Source: Eledone cirrhosa (lineage: Eukaryota). Taken from it: a DNA stretch of 64,000 bases. The stretch is taken from contig OZ024740.1 in assembly GCA_964016885.1 (NCBI GenBank), forward strand, positions 99,200,001 to 99,264,000, given 5' to 3'. Position 1 is the first letter of the stretch, and the number at the start of each line of letters is the position of its first letter. The position numbers and the translations under genes are program-made. Of the stretch, positions 23,557-36,651 are shown in pieces. The notes below the pieces were generated by a model. The model saw only the letters and a list, made by a program, of their open reading frames with translations. It was not told the origin of the DNA and did not search any database.

Positions 23557-26500
23557 AAGGGCATCTAGCCATATAAAGCTTTCCAAACAAAGGGTTGGGA
23601 AGACCCTTCAGTTTGTGTCAAAAGACACACAACAACTTCTCATCCACACACGATATGACTGTACATAAGCAGGATAAAGACCCCGATGTCTGTCTTCGAG
23701 ATCAGTAGCCCTGCTTCAGTAAAAGACTTAGTCTAGGCAGACCCTTCCAACCTTTCCTTGCAGGGAAGTGGACATATGATGATGATGATATATATATATA
23801 TATTAATATGTGTGTACAGTAAACTTGTTTTATTCTAATGTTTATTATATTTGTATGGCATTGCTTTTTTTCTCAACACTTAATTATAAAGTAGTATTGA
23901 TGTTGGAATAATCTCCATGAAATGTATCCATGACATTTTTATAGAGTTCCATGGAAAAGAATGACAGAAGCTTCATGAATCTTCTGAAAATTGAAGACAA
24001 GTTTGATCAATAAGAATAAAGAAAAACCTACAGAAAAAAACTCATATCAATAATGATAATATTTTTAGAAGTCTGCAAGAATAAAAGAGTTTACAGGTTT
24101 GGTTTATAGATTAAGATTTTGAATGATAACCCAAGAATAGATGCAAAGAAATGAAAACTAAGGTGGGAAACCAACTTGAAAAAAAAAAGAACAAATATGA
24201 AAGGTATTCATGAAAGCAAAATAGAGATAAGCAATATATATACACATATCTACGGAGAGGAAGAAGGAGGCGTTTAAGGGTGAAATGTAAAATATATATA
24301 TAAGAAAGTCAGTAATGTGTATATTGTCAAATTCCAAATATAATCTCATAGGGGAGGATTAGTTTGAGATTTGTGGAAGCTATCTTCAATTAATTATTAT
24401 TTCCTACTGGATCAAACATATGAGCAGATGCAATTTCAGGTTTAATTTATCTTCAATTACCTTGATATGAAAATGTACAATAAAAGTGAAAGTAATATAA
24501 CATCAGTAGTAATCAAAGAGTGAAAGCAGTATCTTCCATTGCTGTTGTTGTTCAGCCCAAACACAATTCTGATCAAACACACAGACGTACACTCAAATTC
24601 ATTCCAACTGTGACAACTTCGGATTTTTTCCCCTATGACTGTATTATCCAACATTTTAAGGCCATTTTAAGGAAATTTTAAGATCAGAGGTTAGCACTAC
24701 AGAACCACATGCCGGGCTTCAACATATCGCCCTATCCTCTGCATTCACTCTCATTAAATTATTGTCTTTTATTTCTACCTCCATTATCTTTAATCATGTC
24801 TTCCTTGATCTTCTCTTTACTCTGCTTCCTTCCAAATGTATTTCCATTACTTCTCTCATCCAATCACATTCATCTTTTCTTAACATATGACCTAACTATC
24901 TCATTCCATTTCTTTCCACCAAATTTATCATTTGCTTTATTTATACCATGACTTTATTTAAGATTAGCAGGGATGATTTGAGGATATTTTCCTTTTTCTT
25001 GTGGGGTTAGATTTGTTTTATTTGACAAAGCAAGGAGCCAACAACTTTTAAAATGAGTCAGAAAAATATAGATGGAAAGCATGCACTTTTAACTTTTACA
25101 AAACTGCCTGAAACTACTCCTGGTTCTGCAATATTAAGCTGTTTAATTTTTTTAATTCATATGTATCTAAACACCTACCATCCTAATTTATCTAAGAACG
25201 TTCGTTATAATTTGCTCCAAATACTAGATTAATAATGAAAGAGTTAATTACATTACTAAATCTCATTAAATACTTATTTTCAAAATTATTTGAAAATCAT
25301 AGGCAATATGCTTCATTGGAAACATGATAACAAAGCTATTAATTAATTACACTCCACAACAGGGAATTCTAATTTTAACATCTAAACAAAACTTTTACTG
25401 TGGTATGTAGGTGATAGTAAGTGCTGGAATAGCCAAGTAATTATACAAGCAGCTTCTGACACTTGAGTGACACAATGTCATCAATGATACAATGGGCAAT
25501 CTGGCTATTATTCTAGCAGATTGAGCAAGAAACACACATACACTTCCTTATTGGCTCACCAGCACTTCAGTAATAGTAATATCAAGAAGGCTGATAGAGA
25601 TGCTTGAAATTTCTATAAATGTCAGCAATAATCTTGTAAAATTTCATTTAATATATTATAGTTTCAGCATAATGCTTTATTGGAACTAATACTGATTAGT
25701 GTCTTTGTGAAATCTGACTTGAAGGAAAAGTTCAAAAAAGTAAATACAATGAAATATAAAATAAAATGAAAAATGCAAAAAGAAAAATAATAAAAATAAA
25801 TATAAAAGCATTAATTTAGATCTAAATCCAAATGCATTATTCCACTCTGGTTCTATAAGCCTGTTTTTCTTTCACCTTTCTCTTCTCTATCTCTTTTACA
25901 CCATGAAGTATTTGAATTTTTTTATTTTATTTGCAATATGTGAATATCCCTACAATTCTCCTCATACCCTAAAATTTCAATAAATTAACGAAATTATTCA
26001 AGAGTATTTCAAGAGTATTGTTTTCTTTCATTTTTTGTTTTTGTTTTTAGTTTTATTTTACGAGAATTAAGATTTGTTTGTTTCATTATTTTTTCATACA
26101 ACGAAAGCCATATAAGTTTCTCTCTATCAAACCCTGGTAGTTTTTTATGCGGTCCTTTTGATGAACAACCAGTAATATATTGAAATCAATTGAATGGGAA
26201 AGGATAATGGCAATGGAGTCAGTGATAAATGCCATGAAAAAAAATTAAAGGAGATAGCTAGGTTATATGCTGAAGAAGGATGAATGTGATTGGCTGAAGT
26301 AAGTGTTGAAAATTTATGTGAAAGGAAATAAAGAAGGAGAAGCCTGACAAAGTTATGTTTAAAGACAAAATAATTAAAAGCCAATGGGTTGGTGAAGTGG
26401 AATGTAAAGGATAAGGGAAGATAGAGCCTGGTAGATAACCTTCTAATTTAGCAGGAAAAGTGTCCTTAGAGTACTAAATGTTTTCCTTGTATATTACTGG

Positions 26501-28026
26501 AAGTTACTTTGGTATTCCCGAAGAGAACAGTTATGTAAAATGAAGGCAACCTGTATCATTTATTTTACTGTTTAGTAAAGATGGATATACAGAGTCTGTG
26601 ATTCTTGTTAGAAGAAGATATCATCAAAAAGGAAATCTGGCTTGAATGCTTGCAATAGAGTGGACACCACTAAAGAACTCAGGAGCCAGGTGGTGGTGTT
26701 AACTCAGGCACCAGATTATCTATCACACAAATAGGACAAAGCAGGGTTCGATTTCGGAATGCAAAGAGCTGTAAAAAAACACCATGCAACACTTCTATTG
26801 ATAATCTAACCAATCTGCTAATCCACATCCCTATAAATTTTCAACTGCAAAAAGTTGAAATTCAAAGTTGATATCATTGTGTTAAAACAAAATTGACATC
26901 CTAAAATGTTCTCTATCATTATTGCAGTGGCTAACGGTCCTCAGAATTTGCAAACTGGTTTTCTTTATGCTTATGGTTTAGTCAGAAAAAAGATGGTCTT
27001 CTATTATTTAGGGCAGATACTGTCAAGTTTGAGGATTGTTTTATGTTTGATGTTCAAACTGAACTTCGATCATATCAATGCACTATATATAAAACATAGT
27101 GCTTGATAAATGTATATATGATCAATATACAATATGTTTATATACAATAAACATATATGTAATCTCCCTGTGAATATTTTAAACTGCAATCATATCACAC
27201 CTACCTCCTAAAAACAGTTTGTTTACAAAACTATGATATGTCTTCCATTTAGCAATATCTGAGCATAAGGGGTCATGTGGCAGCTAGTCTAGTGCATGAG
27301 CCCCATTTTGCTCATAATAGTGAGAGATAAGAAGAGTGGGAGAGATGGAGGCAGTGATAGTGGAAGTTTGGGTCCTTTGTGTTCGGACCTGGTGTATATG
27401 TATATATTTATTTGCCGCACCACAGATTAATCCAATTACACATCTAAATATATATAGAGTGTGTATTTAAAACACTTTTGAGTATTGATTTCTTACATAT
27501 TTGTAGTAATCAGATGCTGATAAACTGTAATAACAGTGACATTTATTTACTACATTATGTTTTGGTAGCTGTGAGATCACCTTAATATACTCACAGCAGG
27601 ACTAAATATATGTTAATTATTACATAAACAATATACGGCTGTGTATATATATCACTATTCTGAATCAATCTATGTTAATGTTATTGCTAAATATAGTTCA
27701 TGAGATTGGATAAATTCATGCATCATGGGAAGAAGAAACAATTAGCAGTTGGTGATTGATACTTTGTCTGAGATAAAAGTTTCTCCCTCTTAAATAAATG
27801 GCTATTCCTGAAATGTTGGATTCCTCTTCTCACTAGAGCATGCAAACTTATTCACCCATCACAAGAGAATGCCTTCATAAACCACCGTTATGTACTCCTG
27901 TTTTCTTTTGGTTGTAACATTTTTTGAAATTTATTTACTTCTGTGTCAACAGATTGATTCTCAGTTTCAGAACAATGCATATAGGGTGAAAGCAGAAATT
28001 CTTTGTTTAAACGTTAATCTGTACCA

Positions 28027-28097
<71 letters not shown>

Positions 28098-28098
<1 letters not shown>

Positions 28099-28217
28099 AA
28101 TGAGGTTGGTGTTAGGAAGGGCATCCAGCTGTAAAATCAAGCCAGAATCAGTTCCCGTCCCACCCTTGCAAGCAGGGAAAAGTGGACGTAAAATGAAATG
28201 ATGATGATGATGAAATG

Positions 28218-28219
<2 letters not shown>
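28098..28219 (+). mobile_element. SINE family B 3' tail only
   Basis: tgaggttggtgttaggaagggcatccagctg...ccttgcaagcagggaaaagtggacg...(gat)n. Confidence 0.8.
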
Positions 28220-28250
<31 letters not shown>

Positions 28251-28742
28251 TATATATATATATTTATATATATATATTTATATATATATATATATATATA
28301 TTGTTATACTTTGGGAGGGTCATGTTGCCAACAAATTCAGAAACAATATATATATATAGATATATATATATATATAAAGTTTTTTATTTTCATTAATTTT
28401 ATTATTATTATTATAAAATGTAGCATTACTAAATATTTAAGAAATTTACTTTGTAACTATGATTCTGATCTCACTGTGTGGCAGTTCAAACTAAGATTTG
28501 TGAAAGAAATTGGATACATAGGAATTGTTTGGAAGCTTGTTGAATGGAATATGTCTGTAATTCAAAGTTCCATTTTTGTCACAGTGTCATTTAGATTCTG
28601 TCTGAAAATCAGATTAGCAGTACACATGCCTATGGTATACTTAGCCACCAAAGTCAAGAGATATCTGTTTTCATTAAACAGTATATATTCATACATTGTC
28701 TTCAGTTATAATTTCATACATGTAAACAAATATTAGGACTAA

Positions 28743-28871
<129 letters not shown>

Positions 28872-29178
28872 CATATATATATATGTGTATGTATGTGTGT
28901 GTGTGAGTGTATGTATATAACTGAAGAGAGAAAGATCAGAACCTGTTTTTATACGCTGCAATCCTACTTGATAACTAGTAGTAGTTATCTTTTGTTCCTA
29001 AGTTGCAGAAGAAATGAATATTCATCCCATGGGTCAACATTGCTTCACCTTGGAATCAAATTATCACATTCAGAGTTGATCATGGCTTATGCTTACTTTA
29101 ACTGCAATTCAATAAACCAATATATGCATATATATATATTTGTGTGCATATGGATGTGTGTATGGTTCTGTATGTGTG

Positions 29179-29209
<31 letters not shown>

Positions 29210-30486
29210 CACATTTTTTGGTGTGCAACTTTATATATATATGAGTGCGTGTTTGTGTGAAAAGTAAATGGATACACAATACAGGAAATCAACACAGTAC
29301 AATGAATATATATATATTAGTTTAATGGTTGATGTAGTAAGAAAATACTCTTAACATTTTGAACCTTAATCCTTCTTCAGACGATAGACAAGAGGAGGAA
29401 ATAGTTGTAAAGATTTGTAACTAAGGTTGTCTGTAGGTTCTCCTCATAGAAACAAACTTTTTGTTCTTTACTTAGATTTGATTGTGGTGCCTATTTAGAG
29501 ATAATTATGGTCAATGTTATGACTATTTTAAGATGGATAATTCTGTCATTTACTCTAACTACTTCAATTACATTACCTAACCTCATCTCAACTTGTAGGA
29601 TCCCTATCCCACCTACACCATTTCCTACATAGAATTTTGTTTGCTTGTGAGGCATCTGACTGAAGCTCCCTTCTATCTCACATCTTGCACACAGTGGAGA
29701 TAGTAAACATCTGACTATATAAGTAAAAGCAAAGTAACCTAAGTTTAATATAACAATTATCTATTAAATTTATATTATATAGGACTGAAACCAACACTGA
29801 AAATTATATCTCCTCTCTATTATGCTTTCTTATACATTGGAAGACAGATCTGCTTAATTTATGTTTGATGACTCAGTAGGTCTTGTTTAAACAAGACATT
29901 TATATGGCCATTATATTCAGATATGTTTTATTTATCACTTTTAACCAGTTGTTGCACATATCTCTCATTAAAATCTTATCTATAATTAAGAGCTAGATTA
30001 TTAGAATCAGTGAAGTACCTGACCAAATGTTTTGTGGTATTTAGTTATATGCTAGCATGGAAAATGGACGTTAAACGATGATGATGATGATGATGATAGC
30101 ACTTTACATTCCGAATGCAAATCCCAGCATGGTGAATATTCCAGTTCCTATGTCTCAGGGTTCATAAAATAAAGTGCTGGTCAAATATCTTTCATTCATA
30201 TATTCATATATGAATATATATTCAATGTGGTCTACCTTTTGTGGTAGGGTCTATACCATAGTTAGAACTCTATGTAATCCATCAGAGGTCTAAAGAAGAC
30301 GATAAGGTCCATCCCATATATTATGTCTGAGAGTATGCAGTTCTATAACTGCTATAGATCAGTCAATATATCGATATGATCAAACCTCCGAAACAATAAT
30401 AAAACAATGAATGAGATATGTAAAATAACGTTCCTTTGTTATCATTGTTAAAAAAAAGAATTATATAAGGAATATATATATATATA

Positions 30487-30624
30487 ACGAAGGAAATGTG
30501 GTAAGGAACCAGGTGGACAATAACGAACCAAAGTACTCAATACTTAGGGTAGTAGAGTGGGTAATAGGAATGAGTAGGACCCCGACGGCTGAGCTCAAGC
30601 CGTCGGGGTCCTACTCGTTCCTAT
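30487..30624. repeat. Repeat family C copy ending in a 27-bp hairpin
   Basis: 30564-30590 pairs with 30598-30624; loop gagctca. Confidence 0.85.
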
Positions 30625-30902
30625 ATATATATATATATGTGTGTATGAGTGGGTGTGCTGTGTGATCATCAACATCATCGTCAATATCATCCTTTTATGT
30701 TCACTTTTCCCTGTTTGCATGTTTTGGATGATTTCCAGCACAGCTACCCTCCACCTACTACATTTATCTGTCATTGCTGTTGTCCATGTTTTCCCTAGTC
30801 TTCCTCTACTGCACCTTTTTGCTATTAGGAACTCTAGGTACCCAACAATTATGATCCATACTCACTCATCACTGCAGTCTTCTCTCTTTCACACTACATT
30901 AT

Positions 30903-31082
30903 ATTGGCAGTATCGGCAGAGGGTTGGACGCCATGTTTTCTAGCATAGTTACGTCCCTTTACAGTCTGAGTTCAAATCCCGCCGAGGTTAACTTTGCCTT
31001 TCATCCTTACGGAGTCGATAAAATAAAGTACCAGTAATGTACTGGGTAATTGCTGGCCTTGTGCCTAAAGTAGAAACAATTA
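30903..31082 (+). mobile_element. tRNA-derived SINE family A
   Basis: A-box tggcagtatcgg, B-box gagttcaaatcc, body tttcatccttacggagtcgataaaataaagtaccag, tail gtagaaacaattat. Confidence 0.9.
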
Positions 31083-31802
31083 TATATATACATATATATA
31101 TAAGTATGCATATGCAATAGCACTAATATAGCATGGTTCTTAATTGCCGTATATATGAAATCATATACAATATATTTACGTATAGTTTTGCTATGAATGC
31201 TTTAAGCAGTTATCATGTTGTAGTAATCTTAGTAACCACTAGGAAGCCAGATAGCTCATTTTTATCTGTCATCACTGACATATACACTCCCAGTACTGAG
31301 ACAAGAATAATCTAAAGCTTGTATGAAATTTTGCATATGGATCATCATCTGCAGATTTTCATTTGCATATAGTGCAGATAAAATATCACCTGGTGGTGCT
31401 CATTTACAAATAGTGTGAACATGACTGGCTAGCATTAAATACCAGTAGCACTAACAACCCCTCAGAAAAGGGTACCACTATAAAATGCATCTTAGATTTT
31501 TAATGTTGGTAGCAAATGAATAGAAATAATGTAGTGAAATCTATAGAATGTGTAAGGACATCACAATCTCTCTTGTGCTGGTGCCATGATAAAATGCACC
31601 CAGAATACTCTGTAATGTGATTGGTATTATGAAGGCAATTCAGCCAAATAAACTATGCAAAAATGAAATCCAGAAGTAATATAGAGACCTCTGACACATT
31701 TAAGAATGCAGCAACTCCAAATAAAAACTAACTTGAAACATGAGGAATTCTCCAAACTATATCAGTATTGAAAGCAAGCATAAAATTATGATGGTGATAA
31801 TA

Positions 31803-32018
31803 ATGGTTTCTGATTTAGGCACATGGCCAGCAATTTGGGGTGAGAGGAAAGTTGATTAAATCAACCCTAGTACATGACTGGTACTTTATTTTATCAACTC
31901 TGTAAGGATGAAAAGCAAAGCTAACATCAGCTAACATCAGCAGTATATAAAGAGCAGTAACCCTATGCTGTGAAGCATGTTGTCCGACATTCTACCAATA
32001 CAGCCAATCCACCACCCT
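31803..32018 (-). mobile_element. SINE family A, diverged
   Basis: ctggtactttattttatcaac...aggatgaaaagcaaag. Confidence 0.7.
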
Positions 32019-34335
32019 TAATGAAGGTGATAATAATGGCTATACATTTAAGTATTTAAAAAATCTGTTTGATTATTTCCACTAATTTCAAGTTGATATA
32101 TTGACAGATGATAATAAAGTACCAGTAAACTACTGGTTTTATGTGATCAATTTTCCCTTTCCCAAAATGTTTGGCCTTATACTTAAGTTAGAAATTATTG
32201 TTTCCTATGATTTCAATGTCAGAAATGTCTCCAGTGTGGTAAAATCCAGTGTATAGGAAATTGTCAGTTAAGTTCATTTCCATTACCATTCAATTTGTAT
32301 AAATATTCCATATATCAAGTCAGATGCTACACTACTAGCAAGCAAATGTGTCATAATTGATCTGGGTCTCAGCAATGACACAACAACAACAACAAATGAG
32401 TTCAGTGCTATAACTGTCAGATTTATGAAATACTGTAAATTGTGAAGACATTGAATTTTTGTCTTACTGTTTAATAAGGAGGAAGAGTAGTGTCAATGAA
32501 ATTTTTCAGAATTTAAAGACTTATAGAATGCAATGAAGAATGTGTTCCCAACCTAGGTACATGGCAAACTACATGGGCCATGCTAAATACACCCAAGTGC
32601 TAGGTGGTTGCGTAAATCTGGTTGACTGATTAAGACTACCTCCCAAATATTCCACGATGGAAATTAAACTTAGAATACAAAGTGCTGGGACAAACGTTGC
32701 AAGGTATTTCATCTGATGGTCTAATAACTCCAGTCATCCAATACCTTGATATATTTCACCTATCCTTTCTTTTACTGCTTTCAATCATTAGACTGGCCAT
32801 GCTGATGCACTGCTTTAAATCCTATTAACCCCATTAATGTTTTATTCAAGTCTGGTACTTATTTCATCAATCTATTTTGTCAACCTGCTAAATTACAAGA
32901 CACAGGAACTGACACAAACTTAAACACATACATGGGACACAGATATTTACATATATTCAATAAGCTTCTATAGTTTCCATCTATGGAATTGTCCAACCCA
33001 TAGCTAAAATAGAAGACTTGCCCCAAATACCCAACAATGAGGGTGAACACGAAACTATTTCATTACAAAATTAACACCTCTACCATACATGACTGGACTT
33101 GTACATTATTTTATCTTCCCCACGAGTATGAAAGATGAAGTTGATCATAGCATGATTTTAAATCAGAGAGTAAAGAAATTAAACAAATGTTGCAAAACAT
33201 TGAATACTATGCCCTAATGATAAAAATTCTTGTCAAAAATGACCAAAGACAACTAAAAAAATCCACACTGATTAAAAAGTGTGGGTAGTAGACTGTAATG
33301 AAGGAGGAGTGACTAATAAATATAAACATTTAACTTTATCAAAAACATTTAACAATACATAACACATAATATTTTATTTGCAGTCATCATAGTAATGTTT
33401 CATGAAGTAAATGTTTTCTTCTGCAGTTATTTTCTCATCTATTTACTTTCATCTTTCTTAACCTCCCACCCTGCCATAAAATTATATTTTGTTTCATTAT
33501 AAATTGATAATGCACACTCAACAATAATTAGTCTATGCATGAGTGCATGGCATTTTTTTCTAAGCTCTAATGAATCATTTAAAGTTTCACCTTTGTACGC
33601 TAACAAAAAATATTCTATACTAATGGACAGAATTTTGTTATACAAAGCAACAACAACAATAAACATTTGAAAGTCATATTCCCTGCTAAAGCTTCTCTGT
33701 TTTTATTGTCATGTGTACATACCTTGTACAGTAACTCTCAAGCAGTAACTCTCATCCTTCCTAAACACATGACCCAACCATCTCATTCCATTTCACACCA
33801 TAACATTCATCACTGGTTTTATTCCTATCCTTTTTTAAAATAAAAATAGAGAAATAAATTACACATCTTGAATATTATTTAATGAAGCAATACATTCCAG
33901 CATAAAAATTTAATATAACACTTTTACTGATCCCATTGGACCCTGGTATTTTGTATATTACATATGTTATTAATGCCTGAATGGTTATGCTTGCTTTGGC
34001 ATAAAGAGACAAACAGATTCTTGTATGGCCATCATTCATTGACACACACGCACACACACACACACACACGCACACATAATTTAATTAGCGATAGCAGTAA
34101 TACAACATGAACTGAAATAAAGATGTATATGAACCCAAGTGCATTATATATGTATAATTAGCATACATTTTGTTTCACTGTGAGTATTTGAAACTTAAAA
34201 GCTCATTGTGAGACAAGGTGTGTGTTTATTATATGTAAACATAATGTAAATAGGTTCATATATGCCTTTATATTATTTCAAACAGCTCTAGTCTTGTAGA
34301 AGTCATTTCTATATGAATTATTTATATATATCTGT

Positions 34336-34475
34336 GAAGGTGCATGGCTTAGTGTTTAGAGTGTCAGGCTTGCAATCCTGAGGTTGTGAGTTCAATTCTC
34401 AGACCGAGCTTTGCATTGTGTTCTTGAGCAAAACACTTTATTTCACATTTCTCCAGTTCACTCAGCTGTAGAAAT
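34336..34475 (+). mobile_element. SINE family B head and body
   Basis: tggcttagtgtttagag...gagttcaattctcagacc...cttgagcaaaacacttt...ctcagctgtagaaat. Confidence 0.8.
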
Positions 34476-35092
34476 TAGTCTACCCAGCTATGGGTTAAAC
34501 AGCTTTGGGTTAAACTCGCACTTGGCCAAGCATGGTGAATACAGCTACATCCCTGATATGACTAAAACAGAAAATGGTGGAGGTCAATCAGGGAAGTGTT
34601 CCTCTGGTAGAAGTGAAAAGGTCCTGGATTCAATGAATTGAATATATATATATCCACTCTGTAATGTTGAGACAAGACAAAAAGTACCTAGCCCACCCAG
34701 TAAGTTGGTTGTGCTGGTGCCAAGATGAAAAAGCACCCAGCCATGCTATAAATGTAGTTGACATTAGGAAGGACGTTCAGCTAATGCTACCCATAGTACA
34801 CCACTTCAGTTTCCTGGCTAAACTACATGATGATGGGATGTTAACATGGCATTAATGAGTGGATGAATTTCTCTGTCTTTGGAATCAATGTCTAGGGTGA
34901 ATGGGTTTCCTAAAAGAAATTCAACGGCCATGTTTTCATGACCAGAGCAAATCACTCAACTGGAGAATATTAAGATTAGAAAGTGAGGGGCTCCACTGGG
35001 CTATATTTGCCCAAAATATGCTGCAAAGTAGTGATGCCTCCACCATGGAGGTTGAAGAGAAAAGTGAAGTGAAGTATATAAATAGGTATGTA

Positions 35093-35280
35093 TAATTGTT
35101 TCTACTTTTGGCACAAGGCCAGCAAGTATTCCAGTATATTACTGGTACTTTATTTTATCGACCCCGTAAGGATGAAAGGCAAAGTTAACCTCGGCGGGAT
35201 TTGAACTCAGATCGTAAAGGGACGTAACTATGCTGGAAAGCATGTCCGACACACTACCGATACTGCCAACTCACCGCCCT
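35093..35280 (-). mobile_element. SINE family A with 12-bp target-site duplication
   Basis: Full-length reverse complement. ggtatgtataat at 35085-35096 and 35288-35299. Confidence 0.9.
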
Positions 35281-35550
35281 TTAGGGCGGTATGTATAATG
35301 TAGGTGATTCAGTGAATTACTGGTGATGGCATCCATATGAGCACTCGGTGCACAGGTAGAATATATATAATACAAAAAAAAAAAAAATTTCATTTACAGG
35401 ATTTTATTGATTATCAACCTATGTACGTTTCACAGCTGATTGGTTCAGGGTCACCTAAAGAAGCTATGAACCCAACTACAGCATCTGCTCATCAGACTAA
35501 AATTCTAAAGTAAAATTTCCCAGTCAGGCCTTCTTTTATTGTTTAAATGT

Positions 35551-35790
35551 CATCATCATCCTCATCATCATCATTTTCCAACTGTTTTTCCCTGCTTGCA
35601 AGGGTGGGACAGCATTTCTCAATTTGTTACGCTCCTTCGTCATTTAGCTTCAGTGATCTTAGGTCAGCTCTCAACACTTCTGCCCATGTTTTCTGTAGTC
35701 TTCCTCTACTGCATCTTCCTTCCAATGGGATTACTTGGCACTTCTTCACCAAGCAGTCATCATCCATGTGCATCACATGGCTATATCAAT
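35551..35790 (-). mobile_element. RTE LINE 3'-end fragment
   Basis: Reverse complement resembles 44480-44739. A similar remnant lies at about 30690-30895. Confidence 0.75.
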
Positions 35791-35805
35791 GTATATATAT
35801 CATTA

Positions 35806-36085
35806 TAATCATCATCGTTTAACATCTATCTTCCACACTAGCATTGGTTAGACGGGTTTGTCCCATTTGAGGCAAGTTTGGTCAGGTGACCATGTCTCAC
35901 TCATATAGGACTGTTTCTGGCTGATTTTCTACGCATCGAGCCCGTTCCTAATGCCAACCACATATACAGTGTATGCTGGGTGCTTTTTGACATGTCTCCT
36001 ACATGAACACTTAACAGTGCATACTGGGTGCTTTTTGTCGTGGCACATACATGACCACTTTACAATGTGGGCTGGATGTTTTGTG
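35806..36085 (-). mobile_element. SINE B-related tail with about 40-bp subrepeats
   Basis: Repeated ctgggtgctttttg...cactttacagtg units. Similar tails at 37437-37658 and 44740-44920. Confidence 0.7.
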
Positions 36086-36294
36086 GTACCAACATAAATT
36101 TACATAGTGGTGGTGTGAGCAGAAGTTGGGGGGAGGTGTAGAGGTGCGGGGGTGTCAAGTGTATATTGGATATATATAAGCAAAGAGATATTTAATTTGT
36201 TGGTAATTCAACAAATATATTTATAACAGATTCGAAGCACTCAACAGTTTTCTGGAGTATAATATCAATGATATTAATAAATGGAAACCATATT

Positions 36295-36355
36295 TATTCT
36301 ATTATATATATTTCACGGGTACCAAAACTTTGGTATGCTCTCATTAGATAAAATA
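36295..36355 (-). ncRNA. Hammerhead motif, left arm (G5>A, CUAAUGA)
   Basis: Minus strand UAUUUUAU CUAAUGA GAGCAUACCAAAGUUUUGGUACCCGU GAAA UAUAUA UA AUAGAAUA. Confidence 0.7.
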
Positions 36356-36472
36356 CAAAATTTGTTTTATAAATAGTGACATACCCAGGAATCAGACCTT
36401 AACAGTTCAAACGGAACCTGAATTATTAAGGTTTGATTCCTGGGTATGTCACTATTTATAAAACAAATTTTG

Positions 36473-36533
36473 TATTTTATCTGATGAGAGCGTACTAAAG
36501 TTTTGGTACCCTTGAAATATATATTATAGAATA
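36473..36533 (+). ncRNA. Type-I hammerhead ribozyme, right arm
   Basis: tattttat CTGATGA gagcgtactaaagttttggtaccctt GAAA tatata TT atagaata. Confidence 0.85.
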
Positions 36534-36574
36534 AATATGGTTTTATATATATAGTTTCCTTTTATTAATATCAT

Positions 36575-36651
<77 letters not shown>

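Larger units (their letters stand above)
36262..36580. repeat. Fold-back element with about 150-bp arms, 9-nt loop and a hammerhead in each arm
   Basis: 36262-36409 is the reverse complement of 36419-36580. Followed by (TA)n. Confidence 0.93.

Noticed and set aside
30903-31000. tRNA genes at SINE heads
   Set aside because: A/B boxes are present, but there is no cloverleaf and they continue into multicopy SINE bodies.
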